Made by a program: the position numbers and the translations under genes. Below the pieces are notes generated by a model that was given only the letters and a program-made list of their open reading frames with translations, ran no database searches and was not told the DNA's origin. A DNA stretch of 12,395 bases from Vulcanimicrobiota bacterium (GTDB lineage Bacteria; Vulcanimicrobiota; Vulcanimicrobiia; Vulcanimicrobiales; Vulcanimicrobiaceae), in contig PKZK01000244.1 of the NCBI GenBank assembly GCA_003133025.1, positions 3,206 through 15,600 of the forward strand. Direction: 5' to 3'. Within the stretch, counting starts at the first letter, position 1. Every line of letters starts with the position of its first letter. This document shows positions 7,999 to 12,395 of this stretch, one piece after another.

Positions 7999-9131
7999 TG
8001 CGCCGAGCGGCGTTCGTGGGCGGGTCGGCGGCGCTTGCCCTCGCCGCTGCGCGCCCCCTGAGCGCCGCGCAGCCCACGCCGGCGAACGGATACCCGGCCT
8101 TCAGTTGGGAGCGCGTTCCGTATGCGGCGCAGATCGGAAAATTCCGCGGCGACTTCACGCCGGCCGAGGTCGACTTCATCGCCCAACGGTTTGCCTTCAT
8201 CGCCCTCGGGCCGGGTACCGGACGCGGCTCGACGCCCGACGACCGCTTCGTGCAGGAGACCGGCTTCTATCGCAATGCGAGCGCGATAAAGCGCGCGAAC
8301 CCGGCTTGTAAGGTGCTCTTCTTCTGGGGCGTGCCGGGCAACATTCGCAATTACGCGGCGTACGCCGACTACGACCCGGCCTGGCGCGTTCCCAACGCTG
8401 CGGGCACCGGTTTCGAGAGCGACGCGTCCAACCCGGGATTTCGCTCGTGGTGGGCGCGGAGTTGCGCGAAGATCGTCGCGCACCCCGACATCGACGGCGT
8501 CTTCGTCGACGGCGCAAATCCCGAGGGCGACCATCCGCACCACACCGAGATGCTGCGGTTGCTGCGCGACGCGCTCGACGCGCTGCCCGAACCCGCATTG
8601 CTGCTCGTCAACGGCGTGCCCGCGCCCGGCCGGCACGGTCTGCCGTCGATGCTCGAACTCTGCGACGGGATCATGATCGAATACTTCGGCATCGTGGGCA
8701 AGCACGAGCCCGCTAAGCTCAAGGAGTACATGCTCGAGGTCATCGGCTTGGGAAAAGCGGGCAAGATCGTCATGGCCCGTGCCTTTCCGGGCTTTACGTT
8801 CTTCGACCCGGAGGTGCGGGACTGGAGCTACGAGCGCAAACTCGCCGAAGCAAAACGCAACGTCGCGTTCTCCCTCGCGACGTACCTCGCGTGCGCGCAA
8901 CGCTACACCTATTTACAATACGGCTGGGGCTACGAGAACATCGGCGGAGCGTACGTGCTCGAAGCCGACGGCACCACGCCCGACCCCGCGTGGTATCCGG
9001 AATTCCTCAAACCGCTGGGCGAGCCGCTCGAGGATCCCGTCATCGACGGCTACGTCTTCACCAGCCGCTTTCGCCACGCCGACGTGCGCGCCGATCTGCA
9101 AGCGCGCGAGGGCCGCGTGACCTTTCGGTGA
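7998..9131 (+). CDS. Tat-exported putative glycoside hydrolase, GHL15 (PF14885)/GH168-like TIM barrel (377 aa)
   Basis: The true start is ATG 7998 (TAATG overlap), not 5130. The twin-arginine-like leader is MRRAAFVGGSAALALAAARPLSA-A. Motifs recalled for this family: YPAFSWERVP, FT..EVDFIA, WW..........DGVFVD (Asp 8508-8510), DGIMIE (Glu 8679-8681), LATYLACAQRYTYLQYGWGY, WYPEFLKPLGEP and FTSRFRHADV. Confidence 0.72.
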   Translation: MRRAAFVGGSAALALAAARPLSAAQPTPANGYPAFSWERVPYAAQIGKFRGDFTPAEVDFIAQRFAFIALGPGTGRGSTPDDRFVQETGFYRNASAIKRANPACKVLFFWGVPGNIRNYAAYADYDPAWRVPNAAGTGFESDASNPGFRSWWARSCAKIVAHPDIDGVFVDGANPEGDHPHHTEMLRLLRDALDALPEPALLLVNGVPAPGRHGLPSMLELCDGIMIEYFGIVGKHEPAKLKEYMLEVIGLGKAGKIVMARAFPGFTFFDPEVRDWSYERKLAEAKRNVAFSLATYLACAQRYTYLQYGWGYENIGGAYVLEADGTTPDPAWYPEFLKPLGEPLEDPVIDGYVFTSRFRHADVRADLQAREGRVTFR

Positions 9132-10417
9132 CCGCCCCGCTCGGCGCCGGGCACGTGGCCCTCTATCTCTTCGCCCTCTTTGCCGCCGCGGGCCTCACCT
9201 GGGTTCGCCCCATCTACGGTCTGGCAGCGCTGCTCGTAATCGATCCGTTCGATCTCAGCAGCGCCGCGGCCGGCACGACGGTCACGCTGCCCAAGGCGGC
9301 GCTCGTCGGCTTCCTCATAGCGCTGGCCTTGCGGCGCACGCCGCCGGGGCCGTTGTGGTCCCCGGCCGTACGGCCCATCTTGCTCGGTGCAGTCGCGATC
9401 GTCGTGGCGACGGCCTTGGCCGCAACCCGGGCGGACTATCTGCCGCCCGCGCTCCGCGAGATCGCGAAAGCCTGCGAATACCTCGCCGCGTTCTGCGGCG
9501 CGGCGCTCGCTTTTGCCGCCGATCCCGACGAAGGCTTCGCGGCAAACGCTCTCGCCGCGGGGGCTTCGCTCGTAGCGGTGCTCGCGCTGGCTCAGGAATG
9601 GACGGGCGCGCCGTCGTCGCTGCTCTTGCACGGCCGGACGTTTCCGCGCATCGCCGGTCCCCTCGAGGGTCCCAATCAGCTCGCGGGTTATTTCGACGTC
9701 GCAGTCCCGGCGATTCTCGCGTTCGTCTTGGCCGGCAGGATGCGGCGTCTCGGCGTCGCGCTCGGGCTCTGCGTCGTCGCCGACGTGTTGACCCTGGGCC
9801 GCGGCGGAATTCTGGCGGTCACCGTCGCCTGTTGCGCGGTCGTGGGCCTGGGGGCGAGCGGGACCCGGGCGCGGCGCTACGCGTCGTACGTTGCCGGAAC
9901 CGTCTTGCTGATCTTCGTGGGCTTGGGCGCTCTCGGCGTGCTCGGCCGGTTCGCCAGCTTCGACACGCCGGAACGTCCGACGGGGCTCGGGACCCGGGCC
10001 GAACTGTGGCGCGCGGCGCTCGAATTGTGGCGGATGCATCCCTGGCTCGGCGTCGGGGGCGGCAACTACGAATTGGAACTGCCGCGCGCGGGCGTGACCG
10101 ACGCGCAGACGCACGCCAACAGCCTCTACCTGCAGAGCTTGGCCGAGGGCGGGCTGGCGCTCTTCTTCGCGACCGTCGGCACGCTCTTGGCGGCGCTGAT
10201 CAGCCTGGGCAAGCGCGCGTCCCGATCGGCCTTCGCGCTCGCCGCCTTCGGCGCGACGCTGGCCCTCGCGCTGCACCAGATCTTCGACCTGCTGGTGTTC
10301 TTCCCGAAGGTGGGATTGCTCTGGTGGCTCGTACTCGGGGCCGGCTCGGCCGCGGTTCGCAACGTATCTTTTACGCAGGTTCCGCGGGAATTGGATGCCG
10401 CAGCAGGTGCAGCGTAG
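9128..10417 (+). CDS. O-antigen ligase family (Wzy_C/WaaL-like) membrane protein (429 aa)
   Basis: GTG 9128 overlaps the upstream stop (GTGA). The protein is multi-TM with R.AGPLEGPNQLAGY, TLGRGG (cf. T.SRGG), RAELWRAALELWRMHPWLGVGGGNY and THANSLYLQSLAEGG (cf. H.HN.YLQ...E.G). Confidence 0.88.
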   Translation: MTAPLGAGHVALYLFALFAAAGLTWVRPIYGLAALLVIDPFDLSSAAAGTTVTLPKAALVGFLIALALRRTPPGPLWSPAVRPILLGAVAIVVATALAATRADYLPPALREIAKACEYLAAFCGAALAFAADPDEGFAANALAAGASLVAVLALAQEWTGAPSSLLLHGRTFPRIAGPLEGPNQLAGYFDVAVPAILAFVLAGRMRRLGVALGLCVVADVLTLGRGGILAVTVACCAVVGLGASGTRARRYASYVAGTVLLIFVGLGALGVLGRFASFDTPERPTGLGTRAELWRAALELWRMHPWLGVGGGNYELELPRAGVTDAQTHANSLYLQSLAEGGLALFFATVGTLLAALISLGKRASRSAFALAAFGATLALALHQIFDLLVFFPKVGLLWWLVLGAGSAAVRNVSFTQVPRELDAAAGAA

Positions 10418-10428
10418 AAAACGACCCG

Positions 10429-10941
10429 ATGATCGTAGAGTCTGAGGCCCTGCAGACCCGGATCGCCGAACTCGAGGCGACCCTCAAGCAGCGCGACGCC
10501 GCGCAACAAACCCAAACGGCGGTCATCGCCGACCTCGAAGCCGTCGTGGCGGAACGTCAACGCATCATCGACGAACTCTCCGCCTCCAATCGCCGCCTCC
10601 AAGACGCGTGCGAAGAACGCCTCGCGCTCATCGTGAAGCAGCAGCGCACGATCGCGGAACTGCAGCGCGACCTGCAGGCCTCGAGCGCCTTCCCGGGGAT
10701 CGTCAAACTCCAGGAAGAGAATCAAGCCAAGCTCGACGATCAGCTCGCGGCCAACGCACGGCTGCAGACGGTGGCAGACGAACGCGCGGCGCTGATCGAA
10801 TCGCAAGCCCAGTCGCTGGCCATGATGGCCGAAGAGTGCAATCAGCGCGATGAGGAAATAGCGCGCCTCCATGCGACCGCCCTCGAACGTCTGGCGGTCA
10901 TCGAGGCGCTCAACGCCGCTCTGGAACGGCTTCCGCGCTAA
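10429..10941 (+). CDS. Hypothetical coiled-coil protein (170 aa)
   Basis: ATG 10429 lies 11 nt after the previous stop. The protein is A/E/L/Q/R-rich with heptad periodicity and a recurring L....(E/Q)R...I motif. It has no signal peptide or TM segment. The upstream part of track ORF 9355..10941 is a shadow of the ligase gene. Confidence 0.8.
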   Translation: MIVESEALQTRIAELEATLKQRDAAQQTQTAVIADLEAVVAERQRIIDELSASNRRLQDACEERLALIVKQQRTIAELQRDLQASSAFPGIVKLQEENQAKLDDQLAANARLQTVADERAALIESQAQSLAMMAEECNQRDEEIARLHATALERLAVIEALNAALERLPR

Positions 10942-10955
10942 GAGCGCGCCGAACG

Positions 10956-10971
10956 GTAAGAATACTCTTAC
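10956..10971. promoter_or_regulatory. Inverted repeat GTAAGA-ATAC-TCTTAC, candidate operator
   Basis: It has perfect 6-bp arms and a 4-nt spacer, is AT-rich against a GC-rich background, and lies in the largest intergenic gap (10942-11122). Function is inferred only. Confidence 0.35.
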
Positions 10972-11110
10972 GGAGAAGCACTTCGTCCCGGTACGGGTCC
11001 GGCGGGTCGCCCAGCGTCGGCAGGGAGGCGGCCGAAAGCCAAGTAAGGTTCGAGTGCTTGAGAGTAGGGGTTCCGCAGGACCCTGGCTTCGGCAACTGCC
11101 CTGGCCCTAC

Positions 11111-11116
11111 GAAGGA
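11111..11116 (+). promoter_or_regulatory. Shine-Dalgarno-like ribosome binding site
   Basis: GAAGGA sits 6 nt upstream of ATG 11123. Confidence 0.65.
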
Positions 11117-11122
11117 CACCTG

Positions 11123-11941
11123 ATGATCACCGACATCGTAACGGGCAACGACGTGGCGTTGGGAGCCGGATGGGACCGGCTCGAAACGTATCGCGGCGAA
11201 AGCTTCCGTTGGGTGAACAACGACGCAGTCTTGTACGTCGCCACCCTCAGACGGTTCGAGTACCAAGTGCAAGTACAAGTCGAACCAGGACCCGGCGTGG
11301 GTCTTCGCCCCTTCACGCTCAAGGCCGTCGAAGACGGCAAGCCGCTGGCCGACGTTCCGGTCAAGGGACGTCAGCAGGTTTCGTTCACGATCCCGGCAGG
11401 CGACCCGAAAGTGCACGCGATCACGCTCCGTACCAATGAGGGGGGCAAGCCCGCGCCCAACGATCCTCGAGTGCTGAACTTTCGCATATTCAAGGTGGTG
11501 GTCAGCGCGCTCCCCGGCGACGTTATTCCGCCCAACGCCGGCTTCCGGCTCGGGACCGGCTGGTACCCGCTGGAATCCTTCGGCGGTGAGACCTTCCGCT
11601 GGGTCAACAACGACGCGATGATCGAAGTGACGGGCACCCCGGCGGGCCCGCTCGAACTCGAACTCGAGCCCGGCCCGGGCGTCGAGCAAAAGGCCTTCGA
11701 CTTGACCGTCTTCGACGGCGCCGGCGAGCAGCTGGAGAAGGTCTCGGTCAAGACCCGTCAGCGCGTGAAGATCGCGGTCCCGCCCGGGGCGCGTCCGCCC
11801 AGTGCCGTCCGCCTCCATGTGGAAGGCGGCGGCAAGACCACCTCGCAAGATGCACGGGTGATGAACTTCCGCGTCTTCGAACACGTCCCGGGCACCACCG
11901 TCGCGAGCGCCGAGCAGACCCTTGCGGGAGCCGCGAAGTGA
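11123..11941 (+). CDS. Hypothetical protein of two tandem beta-rich modules (putative carbohydrate-binding; 272 aa)
   Basis: ATG 11123 is preceded by Shine-Dalgarno-like GAAGGA (11111-11116). It contains two copies of LG.GW..LE...GE.FRWVNNDA...EPGPGV....F.L...VK.RQ.V....P...GGK....D.RV.NFR.F. No signal peptide is evident. Confidence 0.82.
   Translation: MITDIVTGNDVALGAGWDRLETYRGESFRWVNNDAVLYVATLRRFEYQVQVQVEPGPGVGLRPFTLKAVEDGKPLADVPVKGRQQVSFTIPAGDPKVHAITLRTNEGGKPAPNDPRVLNFRIFKVVVSALPGDVIPPNAGFRLGTGWYPLESFGGETFRWVNNDAMIEVTGTPAGPLELELEPGPGVEQKAFDLTVFDGAGEQLEKVSVKTRQRVKIAVPPGARPPSAVRLHVEGGGKTTSQDARVMNFRVFEHVPGTTVASAEQTLAGAAK
11159..11878 (+). repeat. Intragenic tandem domain duplication (copy 1 about 11159-11491, copy 2 about 11549-11878)
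   Basis: The leading Trp codons are at 11171 and 11561, 390 nt (130 aa) apart. Similarity is still visible in the DNA: ttccgttgggtgaacaacgacgc vs ttccgctgggtcaacaacgacgc. Confidence 0.9.
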
Positions 11942-12395
11942 ATTCGGTCGCCACCACCTTCAGCGCGCAGTTTCTCGCTGAAGCACACCGCGTCATCGAC
12001 GGTCTCGACGTCGAGGCCATCGAACGCGCGGTCGACATTCTGGCGAAAACGCGGGCAAGCGGCGGACGCCTGTTCATCCTCGGCGTCGGCGGCAGCGCGG
12101 GCAACGCCTCGCACGCCGTCAACGATTTCCGCAAGATCGTGGGACTCGAGGCCTACGCGCCGACCGACAACGTTTCGGAGTTGACGGCGCGCACCAACGA
12201 CGAAGGTTGGGACACGATCTTCTCCGAGTGGCTCAAGGTCAGCAAGCTGCAGCCCGGCGACACGATCCTCGTGTTCTCGGTCGGCGGCGGCAACGTCGAG
12301 AAAAACGTAAGCCCCAACTTGGTGAAGGCCCTGCAATACGCCAAGGAAGTCGGCAGCAAGGTCATCGGCGTGGTCGGCCGCGACGGCGGCTACAC
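11938..12395 (+). CDS. gmhA: SIS-domain sugar-phosphate isomerase, phosphoheptose isomerase (GmhA)-like (3' truncated)
   Basis: It is absent from the ORF track because no stop falls in the window. GTG 11938 overlaps the upstream TGA. Hand translation: MNSVATTFSAQFLAEAHRVIDGLDVEAIERAVDILAKTRASGGRLFILGVGGSAGNASHAVNDFRKIVGLEAYAPTDNVSELTARTNDEGWDTIFSEWLKVSKLQPGDTILVFSVGGGNVEKNVSPNLVKALQYAKEVGSKVIGVVGRDGGY. This matches the GmhA patterns G.GGSA..A.H, LTA..ND.G, PGD.L...S..G, SPN...A and G..GG. The symbol is a family-level call only. Confidence 0.85.
   Translation, partial: MNSVATTFSAQFLAEAHRVIDGLDVEAIERAVDILAKTRASGGRLFILGVGGSAGNASHAVNDFRKIVGLEAYAPTDNVSELTARTNDEGWDTIFSEWLKVSKLQPGDTILVFSVGGGNVEKNVSPNLVKALQYAKEVGSKVIGVVGRDGGY

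Noticed and set aside
8891..10428. Upstream extensions of ORFs 8891..10417 and 9355..10941
   Set aside because: Both overlap real genes in other frames. Starts at 9128 and 10429 fit better.
10871..11122. N-terminal extension of the 356-aa ORF
   Set aside because: It overlaps the coiled-coil gene and is not domain-like. A good SD precedes ATG 11123.
441..12365. Long minus-strand ORFs (e.g. 1253..2995, 4300..5274, 7680..8900, 9050..10276, 10910..11884, 11758..12336)
   Set aside because: They are antisense shadows of plus-strand genes caused by codon bias and carry no recognisable motifs.

Overview
This GC-rich bacterial window holds nine same-strand (+) CDSs, truncated at both ends, that look like a cell-envelope glycan assembly and modification cluster. 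In order: (1-3) three tandem paralogs with an N-terminal NHL-repeat beta-propeller fused to a C-terminal SGNH/AlgX-like domain; (4) a 962-aa polytopic membrane protein resembling a GT-C glycosyltransferase with C-terminal beta-sandwich modules; (5) a Tat-signal GHL15/GH168-like glycoside hydrolase; (6) an O-antigen ligase (Wzy_C) family protein; (7) a stand-alone coiled-coil protein; (8) a protein made of two tandem 'GW..E..FRW...D.R..NFR' modules; (9) a GmhA-like SIS sugar-phosphate isomerase that the ORF track missed. The most notable observation is that the middle NHL-SGNH paralog has lost both presumed catalytic residues (Ser->Tyr, His->Gln) while its neighbours keep them, and the third paralog is a lipoprotein. 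All family calls come from motif recognition by eye; no searches were run. No RNA genes, CRISPR arrays or mobile elements were recognised.
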